NCBI GenBank assembly: GCA_030390025.1
Contig: JASTWF010000035.1
Coordinates: 1,922,001-1,986,000, forward strand
Source of the DNA: Squalus acanthias
Taxonomy: Eukaryota
Direction: 5' to 3'
DNA: 64,000 nucleotides
Below, piece after piece: positions 32,901 to 47,900 of this stretch. The translations under genes were made by a program, and so were the position numbers. Each line of letters starts with the position of its first letter. Position 1 is the first letter of the stretch. A model generated the notes under the pieces. The model was not told the DNA's origin. It saw only the letters and a program-made list of their open reading frames with translations, and searched no databases.

Positions 32901-35900
32901 GGAGAGTACTTTAAACAGGGCAGGAGCAGAGAGCCAGAGTGACAGAGTACTTTAAACAGAGCGAGAGTGGAGAGCCAGAGTGACAGAGTACTTTAAACAG
33001 AGCGGGAGTGGAGAGCCAGAGTGACAGAGTACTTTAAACAGAGCGGGAGCGGAGAGCCAGAGTGACAGAATACTTTAAACAGAGCGGGTGCGGAGAGCCA
33101 GAGTGACAGAGTACTTTAAACAGAGCAGGAGCGGAGAGGCAGAGTGACAGAGTACTTTAAACAGAGCGAGAGCGGAGAGCCAGAGTGACAGAGTACTTTA
33201 AACAGAGCGAGCAGAGAGCCAGAGCGACAGAGTACTTTAAACAGAGCGAGAGCGGAGAGCCAGAGGGGCAGAGTACTTTAAACAGAGCGGGAGAGGAGAG
33301 CCAGAGTGACAGAGTACTTTAAACAGAGCAGGAGCAGAGAGCCAGAGTGACAGAGTACTTTAAACAGAGCGAGAGCAGAGAGCCAGAGTGGCAGAGTACT
33401 TTAAACAGAGCGGGAGCAAAGAGCCAGAGTGGCAGAGTACTTTAAACAGAGCGGGAGCAAAGAGCCAGAGTGACAGAGTACTTTAAACAGAGCGAGCAGA
33501 GAGCCAGAGTGACAGAGTACTTTAAACAGAGCGAGCAGAGAGCCAGAGCGACAGAGTACTTTAAACAGAGCGAGAGCGGAGAGCCAGAGGGGCAGAGTAC
33601 TTTAAACAGAGCGGGAGAGGAGAGCCAGAGTGACAGAGTACTTTAAACAGAGCAGGAGCAGAGAGCCAGAGTGACAGAGTACTTTAAACAGAGAGGGTGC
33701 GGAGAGCCAGAGTGACAGAGTACTTTAAACAGAGCGAGAGCAGAGAGCCAGAGTGGCAGAGTACTTTAAACAGAGCGAGAGCAGAGAGCCAGAGTGGCAG
33801 AGTACTTTAAACAGAGCGAGAGGGGAGAGCCAGAGCGACAGAGTATTTTAAACAGAGCGGGAGCGGAGCCAGAGTGACAGAGTACTTTAAACAGAGTGAG
33901 AGCGGAGAGCCAGAGTGACAGAGTACATTAAACAGAGCGAGAGGGGAGAGCCAGAGCGACAGAGTACTTTAAACAGAGCGGGAGCGGAGCCAGAGTGGCA
34001 GAGTACTTTAAACAGAGCGAGCAGAGAGCCAGAGCGACAGAGTACTTTAAACAGAGGGGGAGCGGAGAGCCAGAGTGACAGAGTACTTTAAACAGAGCGA
34101 GCAGAGAGCCAGAGTGGCAGAGTACTTTAAACAGAGGGGGAGTGGAGAGCCAGAGTGACAGAGTACTTTAAACAGAGCGAGCAGGGAGCCAGAGCGGCAG
34201 AGTACTTTAAACAGAGGGGGAGTGGAGAGCCAGAGTGACAGAGTACTTTAAACAGAGCGAGCAGAGAGCGAGAGCGACAGAGTACTTTAAACAGAGGGGG
34301 AGCGGAGAGCCAGAGTGGCAGAGTACTTTAAACAGAGGGGGAGCGGAGAGCCAGAGTGGCAGAGTACTTTAAACAGAGCGAGAGCAGAGAGCCAGAGTGA
34401 CAGAGTACTTTAAACAGAGCGAGAGGAGAGAGCCAGAGTGGCACCGTACTTTAAACAGAGCGAGAGCAGAGAGCCAGAGTGACAGAGTACTTTAAACAGA
34501 GCAGGAGCGGAGCCAGAGTGACAGAGTACTTTAAACAGAGCGAGCAGAGAGCCAGAGTGGCAGAATACTTTAAACAGAGCGGGAGTGGAGAGCCAGAGGG
34601 GCAGAGTACTTTAAACAGAGCGAGAGCAGAGAGCCAGAGTGACAGAGTACTTTAAACAGAGCGAGAGCAGGGAGCCAGAGCGACAGAGTACTTTAAACAG
34701 AGCGGGAGTGGAGAGCCAGAGTGACAGAGTACTGTAAACAGAGCGGGAGCAGAGAGCCAGAGTGACAGAGTACTTTAAACAGAGCGGGAGCGGAGAGCCA
34801 GAGTGGCAGAGTAATTTAAACAGAGCGATAGCGGAGGGCCAGAGTGACAGACTACTTTAAACAGAGCGAGCAGAGAGCCAGAGGGGCAGAGTAATTTAAA
34901 CAGAGCGGGAGCAAAGAGCCAGAGTGGCAGAGTACTTTAAACAGAGCGAGCAGAGAGCCAGAGTGACAGAGTACTTTAAACAGAGCGAGAGCGGAGAGCC
35001 AGAATGACAGAGTACTTTAAACAGAGTGGGAGCAGAGAGCCAGAGTGACAGAGTACTTTAAACAGAGCGAGAGCAGAGAGCCAGAGTGACAGAGTACTTT
35101 AAACAGAGCGAGAGCGGAGAGCCAGAGTGACAGAGTACTTTAAACAGAGCGAGAGCAGAGAGCCAGAGTGACAGAGTACTTTAAACAGAGGAGGAGCGGA
35201 GAGCCAGAGTGACAGAGTACTTTAAACAGAGCGGGAGCGGAGAGCCAGAGTGACAGAGTACTTTAAACAGAGTGGGAGCAGAGAGCCAGAGTGACAGAGT
35301 ACTTTAAACAGAGCGAGAGCAGAGAGCCAGAGCGACAGAGTACTTTAAACAGAGCGGGAGCGGAGAGCCAGAGGGGCAGAGTACTTTAAACAGAGCGGGA
35401 GCAGAGAGCCAGAGTGACAGAGTACTTTAAACAGAGCGGGAGCGGAGAGCCAGAGTGACAGAGTACTTTAAACAGAGCGAGCATAGAGCCAGATTGGCAG
35501 AGTACTTTAAACAGAGCGAGAGCGGAGAGCCAGAGTGACAGAGTACTTTAAACAGAGCGGGAGCGGAGAGCCAAAGTGACAGAGTACTTTAAACAGAGCG
35601 AGAGCAGAGAGCCAGAGTGGCAGAGTACTTTAAACAGAGCGAGAGCAGAGAGCCAGAGTGACAGAGTACTTTAAACAGAGCGAGAGCAGAGAGCCAGAGT
35701 GACAGAGTATTATAAACAGAGCGGGAGCAGAGAGCCAGATTGGCAGAGTACTTTAAACAGAGCGGGTGCGGAGAGCCAGAGTGACAGAGTACTTTAAACA
35801 GAGCGGGTGCGGAGAGTCAGAGTGGCAGAGTACTTTAAACAGAGCGGGTGCGGAGAGACAGAGTGGCAGAGTACTTTAAACAGAGCGAGAGCGGAGAGCC

Positions 35901-38900
35901 AGAGAGACAGAGTACTTTAAACAGAGCGAGCAGAGAGCGAGAGCGACAGAGTACTTTAAACAGAGCGATAGCGGAGGGCCAGAGTGACAGAGTACTTTAA
36001 ACAGAGCGAGCAGAGAGCCAGAGTGGCAGAGTACTTTAAACAGAGGGGGAGCAAAGAGCCAGAGTGACAGAGTACTTTAAACAGAGTGAGCAGAGAGCCA
36101 GAGTGGCAGAGTACTTTAAACAGAGCGGGAGCAAAGAGCCAGAGTGACAGAGTACTTTAAACAGAGCGAGAGCAGAGAGCCAGAGTGACAGAGTACTTTA
36201 AACAGAGCGGGAGTGGAGAGCCAGAGTGACAGAGTACTTTAAACAGAGCGAGAGTGGAGAGCCAGAGTGACAGAGTACTTTAAACAGAGCGAGAGTGGAG
36301 AGCCAGAGTGACAGAGTACTTTAAACAGAGTGGGAGCAGAGAGCCAGAGTGACAGAGCACTATAAACAGAGCGAGAGCAGAGAGCCAGAGCGACAGAGCA
36401 CTTTAAACAGAGCGAGAGCAGAGAGCCAGAGTGACAGAGTACTTTAAACAGAGCGGGAGTGGAGAGCCAGAGTGACAGAGTACTTTAAACAGATCGAGAG
36501 TGGAGAGCCAGAGTGACAGAGTACTTTAAACAGAGCGAGAGTGGAGAGCCAGAGTGACAGAGTACTTTAAACAGAGGGGGAGTCGAGAGCCAGAGTGACA
36601 GAGTACTTTAAACAGAGCGAGAGCAGAGAGCCAGAGTGACAGAGTACTTTAAACAGAGGGGGAGTGGAGAGCCAGAGTGACAGAGTACTTTAAACAGAGT
36701 GGGAGCAGAGAGCCAGAGTGACAGAGCACTTTAAACAGAGCGAGAGCAGAGAGCCAGAGTACTTTAAACAGAGCGGGAGCGGAGAGCCAGACCGGCAGAG
36801 TACTTTAAACAGAGCGAGCAGAGAGCCAGAGTGGCAGAGTACTTTAAACAGAGTGGGAGTGGAGAGCCAGAGTGACAGAGAGCTTTAAACAGAGCAGGAG
36901 CGGAGCCAGAGTGGCAGAGTACTTTAAACAGAGCGGGAGCAAAGAACCAGAGTGACAGAGTACTTTAAACAGAGCGAGTAGAGAGCCAGAGTGGCAGAGT
37001 ACTTTAAACAGAGCAGGAGCAGAGAGCCAGAGTGACAGAGTACTTTAAACAGAGCGGGAGCAAAGAGCCAGAGGGGCAGAGTACTTTAAACAGAGCGGGA
37101 GTGGAGCCAGAGTGACAGAGTACTTTAAACAGAGCGAGCAGAGAGCCAGAGTGACAGAGTACTTTAAACAGAGCGGGAGTGGAGAGCCAGAGTGGCACAG
37201 TACTTTAAACAGAGCGAGAGCGGAGAGCCAGAGCGACAGAGTACTTTAAACAGAGCGGGAGTGGAGAGCCAGGGGGGCAGAGAACTTTAAACAGAGCGGG
37301 AGCGGAGAGCCAGAGTGACAGAGTACTTTAAACAGAGCAGGAGCGGAGCCAGAGTGACAGAGTACTTTAAACAGAGCGAGAGCAGCGTGCCAGAGCGACA
37401 GAGTACTTTAAACAGAGCGGGAGCGGAGAGCCAGAGTGACAGAGTACTTTAAACAGAGCGAGAGCAGAGTGCCAGAGCGACAGAGTACTTTAAACAGAGC
37501 GGGAGCAGAGAGCCAGAGCGACAGAGTACTTTAAACAGAGCGGGAGCGGAGAGCCAGAGTGACAGAGTACTTTAAACAGAGTCGGAGCGGAGAGCCAGAG
37601 TGACAGAGTACTTTTCACAGAGCGGGAGTGGAGAGCCAGAGTGACAGAGTACTTTAAACAGAGCGGGAGCGGAGAGCCAGAGTGACAGAGTACTTTAAAC
37701 AGAGCGGGTGCGGAGAGCCAGAGTGACAGAGTACTTTAAACAGAGCGGGTGCGGAGAGCCAGAGTGACAGAGTACTTTAAACAGAGCAGGAGTGGAGAGG
37801 CAGAGTGACAGAGTACATTAAACAGAGCGAGAGCGGAGAGCCAGAGTGACAGAGTACTTTAAACAGAGCGAGCAGAGAGCCAGAGTGACTGAGTACTTTA
37901 AACAGAGCGAGAGCAGAGAGCCAGAGTGGCAGAGTACTTTAAACAGAGCGGGAGAGGAGAGCCAGAGTGACAGAGTACTTTAAACAGAGCAGGAGCAGAG
38001 AGCCAGAGTGACAGAGTACTTTAAACAGAGCGAGAGCAGAGAGCCAGAGTGGCAGAGTACTTTAAACAGAGCGGGAGCAAAGAGCCAGAGTGGCAGAGTA
38101 CTTTAAACAGAGCGAGCAGAGAGCCAGAGGGGCAGAGTACTTTAAACAGAGGGGGAGCGGAGAGCCAGAGTGACAGAGTACTTTAAACAGAGCGAGCAGA
38201 GAGCCAGAGTGACAGAGTACTTTAAACAGAGCGAGCAGAGAGCCAGAGCGACAGAGTACTTTAAACAGAGTGAGAGCGGAGAGCCAGAGGGGCAGAGTAC
38301 TTTAAACAGAGCGGGTGCGGAGAGCCAGAGTGACAGAGTACTTTAAACAGAGCGGGTGCGGAGAGCCAGAGTGACAGAGTACTTTAAACAGAGTCGGAGC
38401 GGAGAGCCAGAGTGACAGAGTACTTTTCACAGAGCGGGAGTGGAGGGCCAGAGTGACAGAGTACTTTAAACAGAGCGGGAGCGGAGAGCCAGAGTGACAG
38501 AGTACTTTAAACAGAGCGGGTGCGGAGAGCCAGAGTGACAGAGTACTTTAAACAGAGCGGGTGCGGAGAGCCAGAGTGACAGAGTACTTTAAACAGAGCA
38601 GGAGTGGAGAGGCAGAGTGACAGAGTACATTAAACAGAGCGAGAGCGGAGAGCCAGAGTGACAGAGTACTTTAAACAGAGCGAGCAGAGAGCCAGAGTGA
38701 CTGAGTACTTTAAACAGAGCGAGAGCAGAGAGCCAGAGGGGCAGAGTACTTTAAACAGAGCGGGAGAGGAGAGCCAGAGTGACAGAGTACTTTAAACAGA
38801 GCAGGAGCAGAGAGCCAGAGTGACAGAGTACTTTAAACAGAGCGAGAGCAGAGAGCCAGAGTGGCAGAGTACTTTAAACAGAGCGGGAGCAAAGAGCCAG

Positions 38901-41900
38901 AGTGGCAGAGTACTTTAAACAGAGCGAGCAGAGAGCCAGAGGGGCAGAGTACTTTAAACAGAGGGGGAGCGGAGAGCCAGAGTGACAGAGTACTTTAAAC
39001 AGAGCGAGCAGAGAGCCAGAGTGACAGAGTACTTTAAACAGAGCGAGCAGAGAGCCAGAGCGACAGAGTACTTTAAACAGAGTGAGAGCGGAGAGCCAGA
39101 GGGGCAGAGTACTTTAAACAGAGCGGGAGAGGAGAGCCAGAGTGACACAGTACTTTAAACAGAGCGAGAGCAGAGAGCCAGAGTTGCAGAGTACTTTAAA
39201 CAGAGCGAGCAGAGAGCCAGAGGGGCAGAGTACTTTAAACAGAGGGGGAGTGGAGAGCCAGAGTGACAGAGTACTTTAAACAGAGCGAGCAGAGAGCGAG
39301 AGCGACAGAGTACTTTAAACAGAGGGGGAGCGGAGAGCCAGAGTGGCAGAGTACTTTAAACAGAGGGGGAGCGGAGAGCCAGAGTGGCAGAGTACTTTAA
39401 ACAGAGCGAGAGCAGAGAGCCAGAGTACAGAGTACTTTAAACAGAGCGAGCAGAGAGCCAGAGTGACAGAGTACTTTAAACAGAGCAAGAGCAGAGAGCC
39501 AGAGTGGCACCGTACTTTAAACAGAGCGAGAGCAGAGAGCCAGAGTGGCACCGTACTTTAAACAGAGCGAGAGCAGAGAGCCAGAGTGACAGAGTACTTT
39601 AAACAGAGCGAGAGCAGAGAGCCAGAGGGGCAGAGTACTTTAAACAGAGCGGGAGAGGAGAGCCAGAGTGACAGAGTACTTTAAACAGAGCAGGAGCAGA
39701 GAGCCAGAGTGACAGAGTACTTTAAACAGAGCGAGAGCAGAGAGCCAGAGTGGCAGAGTACTTTAAACAGAGGGGGAGCAGAGAGCCAGAGTGACAGAGT
39801 ACTTTAAACAGAGCGAGCAGAGAGCCAGAGTGGCAGAGTACTTTAAACAGAGGGGGAGCAGAGAGCCAGAGTGACAGAGTACTTTAAACAGAGCGAGCAG
39901 AGAGCCAGAGTGGCAGAGTACTTTAAACAGAGCGGGAGCAAAGAGCCAGAGTGACAGAGTACTTTAAACAGAGCGAGAGCAGAGAGCCAGAGTGACAGAG
40001 TACTTTAAACAGAGCGGGAGCTGAGAGCCAGAGTGACAGAGTACTTTAAACAGAGCGAGAGAGGAGAGCCAGAGTGACAGAGTACTTTAAACAGAGCGAG
40101 AGTGGAGAGCCAGAGTGACAGAGTACTTTAAACAGAGTGGGAGCAGAGAGCCAGAGTGACAGAGCACTATAAACAGAGCGAGAGCAGAGAGCCAGAGCGA
40201 CAGAGCACTTTAAACAGAGCGAGAGCAGAGAGCCAGAGTGACAGAGTACTTTAAACAGAGCGGGAGTGGAGAGCCAGAGTGACAGAGTACTTTAAACAGA
40301 TCGAGAGTGGAGAGCCAGAGTGACAGAGTACTTTAAACAGAGCGAGAGTGGAGAGCCAGAGTGACAGAGTACTTTAAACAGAGGGGGAGTCGAGAGCCAG
40401 AGTGACAGAGTACTTTAAACAGAGCGAGAGCAGAGAGCCAGAGTGACAGAGTACTTTAAACAGAGGGGGAGTGGAGAGCCAGAGTGACAGAGTACTTTAA
40501 ACAGAGTGGGAGCAGAGAGCCAGAGTGACAGAGCACTTTAAACAGAGCGAGAGCAGAGAGCCAGAGTACTTTAAACAGAGCGGGAGCGGAGAGCCAGACG
40601 GCAGAGTACTTTAAACAGAGCGAGCAGAGAGCCAGAGTGGCAGAGTACTTTAAACAGAGTGGGAGTGGAGAGCCAGAGTGACAGAGAGCTTTAAACAGAG
40701 CAGGAGCGGAGCCAGAGTGGCAGAGTACTTTAAACAGAGCGGGAGCAAAGAACCAGAGTGACAGAGTACTTTAAACAGAGCGAGTAGAGAGCCAGAGTGG
40801 CAGAGTACTTTAAACAGAGCAGGAGCAGAGAGCCAGAGTGACAGAGTACTTTAAACAGAGCGGGAGCAAAGAGCCAGAGGGGCAGAGTACTTTAAACAGA
40901 GCGGGAGTGGAGCCAGAGTGACAGAGTACTTTAAACAGAGCGAGCAGAGAGCCAGAGTGACAGAGTACTTTAAACAGAGCGAGAGCGGAGAGCCAGAGTG
41001 ACAGAGTACTTTAAACAGAGCGAGCAGAGAGCCAGAGCGACAGAGTACTTTAAACAGAGCGAGAGCGGAGAGCCAGAGGGGCAGAGTACTTTAAACAGAG
41101 CGGGAGAGGAGAGCCAGAGTGACAGAGTACTTTAAACAGAGCAGGAGCAGAGAGCCAGAGTGACAGAGTACTTTAAACAGAGCGAGAGCAGAGAGCCAGA
41201 GTGGCAGAGTACTTTAAACAGAGCGGGAGCAAAGAGCCAGAGTGGCAGAGTACTTTAAACAGAGCGGGAGCAGAGAGCCAGAGTGACAGAGTACTTTAAA
41301 CAGAGCGAGCAGAGAGCCAGAGTGACAGAGTACTTTAAACAGAGCGAGCAGAGAGCCAGAGCGACAGAGTACTTTAAACAGAGCGAGAGCGGAGAGCCAG
41401 AGGGCAGAGTACTTTAAACAGAGCGGGAGAGGAGAGCCAGAGTGACAGAGTACTTTAAACAGAGCAGGAGCAGAGAGCCAGAGTGACAGAGTACTTTAAA
41501 CAGAGCGGGTGCGGAGAGCCAGAGTGACAGAGTACTTTAAACAGAGCGAGAGCAGAGAGCCAGAGTGGCAGAGTACTTTAAACAGAGCGAGAGCAGAGAG
41601 CCAGAGTGGCAGAGTACTTTAAACAGAGCGAGAGGGAGAGCCAGAGTGACAGAGTACTTTAAACAGAGCGGGAGCGAGAGCCAGAGTGACAGAGTACTTT
41701 AAACAGAGTGAGAGCGGAGAGCCAGAGTGACAGAGTACTTTAAACAGAGCGAGAGGGAGAGCCAGAGTGGCAGAGTACTTTAAACAGAGCGGGAGCAAGA
41801 GCCAGAGTGGCAGAGTACTTTAAACAGAGCGAGCAGAGAGCCAGAGCGACAGAGTACTTTAAACAGAGGGGGAGCGGAGAGCCAGAGTGACAGAGTACTT

Positions 41901-44900
41901 TAAACAGAGCGAGCAGAGAGCCAGAGTGGCAGAGTACTTTAAACAGAGGGGAGTGGAGAGCCAGAGTGACAGAGTACTTTAAACAGAGCGAGCAGGGAGC
42001 CAGAGGGGCAGAGTACTTTAAACAGAGGGGGAGTGGAGAGCCAGAGTGACAGAGTACTTTAAACAGAGCGAGCAGAGAGCAGAGCGACAGAGTACTTTAA
42101 ACAGAGCGGAGCAGGAGAGCCAGAGTGACAGAGTACTTTAAACAGAGCGGAGCAGGAGAGCCAGAGTGACAGAGTACTTTAAACAGAGCGGGAGCAGAGA
42201 GCCAGAGTGACAGAGTACTTTAAACAGAGCGGGAGCAGAGAGCCAGAGTGACAGAGTACTTTAAACAGAGCGAGAGCAGAGAGCCAGAGTGACAGAGTAC
42301 TTTAAACAGAGCGGGAGCAGAGAGTACTTTAAACAGAGCGAGCAGAGAGCAAGGCAGAGTACTTTAAACAGAGCGGGAGCGAGCCAGAGGCAGAGACTTA
42401 ACAGAGCGGAGTACCACAGAGGAGAGCAGAGAGCCAGAGTGACAGAGTACTTTAAACAGAGCGAGAGCAGAGAGCCAGAGTGACAGAGTACTTTAAACAG
42501 AGCGAGCAGAGAGCCAGAGTGACAGAGTACTTTAAACAGAGCAGGAGCGGAGCCAGAGTGACAGAGTACTTTAAACAGAGCGAGCAGAGAGCCAGAGTGG
42601 CAGAGTACTTTAAACAGAGCGGGAGTGGAGAGCCAGAGTGGCAGAGTACTTTAAACAGAGCGAGAGCAGAGAGCCAGAGTGACAGAGTACTTTAAACAGA
42701 GGGAGCAGAGAGCCAGAGTGACAGAGTACTTTAAACAGAGCGAGAGCAGGGAGCCAGAGCGACAGAGTACTTTAAACAGAGCGGGAGTGGAGAGCCAGAG
42801 TGACAGAGTTCTGTAAACAGAGCGGGAGCAGAGAGCCAGAGTGACAGAGTACTTTAAACAGAGCGGGAGCGGAGAGCCAGAGTGGCAGAGTACTTTAAAC
42901 AGAGCGATAGCGGAGGGCCAGAGTGACAGAGTACTTTAAACAGAGCGAGCAGAGAGCCAGAGGGGCAGAGTACTTTAAACAGAGCGGGAGCAGAGAGCCA
43001 GAGTGGCAGAGTACTTTAAACAGAGCGAGCAGAGAGCCAGAGTGACAGAGTACTTTAAACAGAGTGGGAGCAGAGAGCCAGAGTGACAGAGTACTTTAAA
43101 CAGAGCGAGAGCGGAGAGCCAGAGTGACAGAGTACTTTAAACAGAGCGGGAGCGGAGAGCCAGAGTGACAGAGTACTTTAAACAGAGCGGAGCAGAGAGC
43201 CAGAGTGACAGAGTACTTTAAACAGAGCGAGCAGAGAGCCAGAGCGACAGAGTACTTTAAACAGAGTGAGAGCGGAGAGCCAGAGGGGCAGAGTACTTTA
43301 AACAGAGCGGGAGAGGAGAGCCAGAGTGACAGAGTACTTTAAACAGAGCGAGAGCAGAGAGCCAGAGTGCAGAGTACTTTAAACAGAGCGAGCAGAGAGC
43401 CAGAGGGCAGAGTACTTTAAACAGAGCGGGAGCGGAGAGCCAGAGTGACAGAGTACTTTAAACAGAGCGAGCAGAGAGCGAGAGCGACAGAGTACTTTAA
43501 ACAGAGCGGGAGCGGAGAGCCAGAGTGGCAGAGTACTTTAAACAGAGCGGAGCGGAGAGCCAGAGTGGCAGAGTACTTTAAACAGAGCGAGAGCAGAGAG
43601 CCAGAGTGACAGAGTACTTTAAACAGAGCGAGCAGAGAGCCAGAGTGACAGAGTACTTTAAACAGAGCGAGAGCAGAGAGCCAGAGTGGCAGAGTACTTT
43701 AAACAGAGCGAGAGCAGAGAGCCAGAGTGACAGAGTACTTTAAACAGAGCGAGAGCAGAGAGCCAGAGTGACAGAGTACTTTAAACAGAGCGAGAGCAGA
43801 GAGCCAGAGGGGCAGAGTACTTTAAACAGAGCGGGAGAGGAGAGCCAGAGTGACAGAGTACTTTAAACAGAGCAGGAGCAGAGAGCCAGAGTGACAGAGT
43901 ACTTTAAACAGAGCGAGAGCAGAGAGCCAGAGTGGCAGAGTACTTTAAACAGAGCGGGAGCAAAGAGCCAGAGTGACAGAGTACTTTAAACAGAGCGAGC
44001 AGAGAGCCAGAGGGGCAGAGTACTTTAAACAGAGGGGGAGCGGAGAGCCAGAGTGACAGAGTACTTTAAACAGAGCGAGCAGAGAGCCAGAGTGACAGAG
44101 TACTTTAAACAGAGCGAGCAGAGAGCCAGAGCGACAGAGTACTTTAAACAGAGTGAGAGCGGAGAGCCAGAGGGGCAGAGTACTTTAAACAGAGCGGGAG
44201 AGGAGCCAGAGTGACAGAGTACTTTAAACAGAGCGAGAGCAGAGAGCCAGAGTGACAGAGTACTTTAAACAGAGCGGGAGCAGAGAGCCAGAGTGACAGA
44301 GTACTTTAAACAGAGCGGAGCAGAGAGCCAGAGTGGCAGAGTACTTTAAACAGAGCGGGAGTGGAGAGCCAGAGTGACAGAGTACTTTAAACAGAGCGGA
44401 GCAGAGAGCCAGAGTGACAGAGTACTTTAAACAGAGCGGGAGCGGAGAGCCAGAGTGACAGAGTACTTTAAACAGAGCGGGAGCGGAGAGCCAGAGTGGC
44501 AGAGTACTTTAAACAGAGCGAGAGCAGAGAGCCAGAGTGACAGAGTACTTTAAACAGAGCGGAGCAGAGAGCCAGAGTGACAGAGTACTTTAAACAGAGC
44601 GAGAGCAGAGAGCCAGAGTGACAGAGTACTTTAAACAGAGCGAGAGCAGAGAGCCAGAGTGACAGAGTACTTTAAACAGAGCGAGAGCAGAGAGCCAGAG
44701 TGACAGAGTACTTTAAACAGAGCGAGCAGAGAGCCAGAGTGACAGAGTACTTTAAACAGAGCGGGAGTGGAGAGCCAGAGTGACAGAGTACTTTAAACAG
44801 AGCGAGAGCAGAGAGCCAGAGTGACAGAGTACTTTAAACAGAGCGAGAGCAGAGAGCCAGAGTGACAGAGTACTTTAAACAGAGCGAGAGCGAGAGCCAG

Positions 44901-47900
44901 AGTGACAGAGTACTTTAAACAGAGCGGGAGCAGAGAGCCAGAGTGACAGAGTACTTTAAACAGAGCGGGAGAGGAGAGCCAGAGTGGCAGAGTACTTTAA
45001 ACAGAGCGAGAGCGAGAGCCAGAGTGACAGAGTACTTTAAACAGAGCGAGCAGAGAGCCAGAGTGGCAGAGTACTTTAAACAGAGCGGGAGCAGAGAGCC
45101 AGAGGGGCAGAGTACTTTAAACAGAGCGGAGCAGAGAGCCAGAGTGACAGAGTACTTTAAACAGAGCGAGAGCAGAGAGCCAGAGTGACAGAGTACTTTA
45201 AACAGAGCGAGCAGAGAGCCAGAGTGACAGAGTACTTTAAACAGAGCGAGAGCGGAGAGCCAGAGTGACAGAGTACTTTAAACAGAGCGAGAGCAGAGAG
45301 CCAGAGTGACAGAGTACTTTAAACAGAGCGAGAGCAGAGAGCCAGAGTGACAGAGTACTTTAAACAGAGGAGGAGCGGAGAGCCAGAGTGACAGAGTACT
45401 TTAAACAGAGCGAGAGCGGAGAGCCAGAGTGACAGAGTACTTTAAACAGAGCGGAGCAGAGAGCCAGAGTGACAGAGTACTTTAAACAGAGCGGGAGCGG
45501 AGAGCCAGAGTGACAGAGTACTTTAAACAGAGCGAGCAGAGAGCCAGAGTGGCAGAGTACTTTAAACAGAGCGAGAGCGGAGAGCCAGAGTGACAGAGTA
45601 CTTTAAACAGAGCGGGAGCGGAGAGCCAGAGTGACAGAGTACTTTAAACAGAGCGAGAGCAGAGAGCCAGAGTGGCAGAGTACTTTAAACAGAGCGAGCA
45701 GAGAGCCAGAGTGACAGAGTACTTTAAACAGAGCGAGAGCAGAGAGCCAGAGTGACAGAGTACTTTAAACAGAGCGAGCAGAGAGCGAGAGCGACAGAGT
45801 ACTTTAAACAGAGCGATAGCGGAGGCCAGAGTGACAGAGTACTTTAAACAGAGCGGGAGCAGAGAGCCAGAGTGACAGAGTACTTTAAACAGAGGGGGAG
45901 CAGAGAGCCAGAGTGACAGAGTACTTTAAACAGAGCGGGAGCAGAGAGCCAGAGTGACAGAGTACTTTAAACAGAGCGATAGCGGAGAGCCAGAGTGACA
46001 GAGTACTTTAAACAGAGCGAGCAGAGAGCCAGAGTGGCAGAGTACTTTAAACAGAGGGGGAGCGGAGAGCCAGAGTGACAGAGTACTTTAAACAGAGCGG
46101 AGCAGAGAGCCAGAGTGACAGAGTACTTTAAACAGAGCGAGCAGAGAGCCAGAGTGACAGAGTACTTTAAACAGAGCGAGCAGAGAGCCAGAGTGGCAGA
46201 GTGCTTTAAACAGAGGGGGAGTGGAGAGCCAGAGTGACAGAGTACTTTAAACAGAGCGAGCAGGGAGCCAGAGGGGCAGAGTACTTTAAACAGAGGGGGA
46301 GTGGAGAGCCAGAGTGACAGAGTACTTTAAACAGAGCGAGCAGAGAGCGAGAGCGACAGAGTACTTTAAACAGAGGGGGAGCGGAGAGCCAGAGTGACAG
46401 AGTACTTTAAACAGAGGGGGAGCAGAGAGCCAGAGTGACAGAGTACTTTAAACAGAGCGATAGCGGAGGGCCAGAGTGACAGAGTGCTTTAAACAGAGCG
46501 AGCAGAGAGCCAGAGTGGCAGAGTACTTTAAACAGAGGGGGAGCGGAGAGCCAGAGTGACAGAGTACTTTAAACAGAGCGGGAGCAGAGAGCCAGAGTGA
46601 CAGAGAACTTTAAACAGAGCGAGCAGAGAGCCAGAGTGACAGAGTACTTTAAACAGAGCGAGCAGAGAGCCAGAGTGGCAGAGTACTTTAAACAGAGGGG
46701 GAGTGGAGAGCCAGAGTGACAGAGTACTTTAAACAGAGCGAGCAGGGAGCCAGAGGGGCAGAGTACTTTAAACAGAGGGGAGCTGAGAGCCAGAGTGACA
46801 GAGTACTTTAAACAGAGCGAGCAGAGAGCGAGAGCGACAGAGTACTTTAAACAGAGGGGGAGCGGAGAGCCAGAGTGGCAGAGTACTTTAAACAGAGGGG
46901 GAGCGGAGAGCCAGAGTGGCAGAGTACTTTAAACAGAGAGAGAGCAGAGAGCCAGAGTGACAGAGTACTTTAAACAGAGCGAGAGGAGAGAGCCAGAGTG
47001 ACAGAGTACTTTAAACAGAGCGAGAGCAGAGAGCCAGAGTGACAGAGTACTTTAAACAGAGCAGGAGCGAGAGCCAGAGTGACAGAGTACTTTAAACAGA
47101 GCGAGCAGAGAGCCAGAGTGGCAGAGTACTTTAAACAGAGCGGGAGTGGAGAGCCAGAGGGGCAGAGTACTTTAAACAGAGCGAGAGCAGAGAGCCAGAG
47201 TGACAGAGTACTTTAAACAGAGGGAGCAGAGAGCCAGAGTGACAGAGTACTTTAAACAGAGCGAGAGCAGGGAGCCAGAGCGACAGAGTACTTTAAACAG
47301 AGCGGGAGTGGAGAGCCAGAGTGACAGAGTACTGTAAACAGAGCGGGAGCAGAGAGCCAGAGTGACAGAGTACTTTAAACAGAGCGGGAGCGGAGAGCCA
47401 GAGTGGCAGAGTACTTTAAACAGAGCGATAGCGAGAGGCCAGAGTGACAGACTACTTTAAACAGAGCGAGCAGAGAGCCAGAGGGGCAGAGTAATTTAAA
47501 CAGAGCGGGAGCAAAGAGCCAGAGTGGCAGAGTACTTTAAACAGAGTGGGAGCAGAGAGCCAGAGTGACAGAGCACTATAAACAGAGCGAGAGCAGAGAG
47601 CCAGAGCGACAGAGCACTTTAAACAGAGCGAGAGCAGAGAGCCAGAGTGACAGACTACTTTAAACAGAGGGGGAGTGGAGAGCCAGAGTGACAGAGTACT
47701 TTAAACAGAGCGAGCAGAGAGCCAGAGTGACAGAGTACTTTAAACAGAGCGAGCAGAGAGCCAGAGCGACAGAGTACTTTAAACAGAGTGAGAGCGGAGA
47801 GCCAGAGGGGCAGAGTACTTTAAACAGAGCGGGAGAGGAGAGCCAGAGTGACACAGTACTTTAAACAGAGCGAGAGCAGAGAGCCAGAGTTGCAGAGTAC

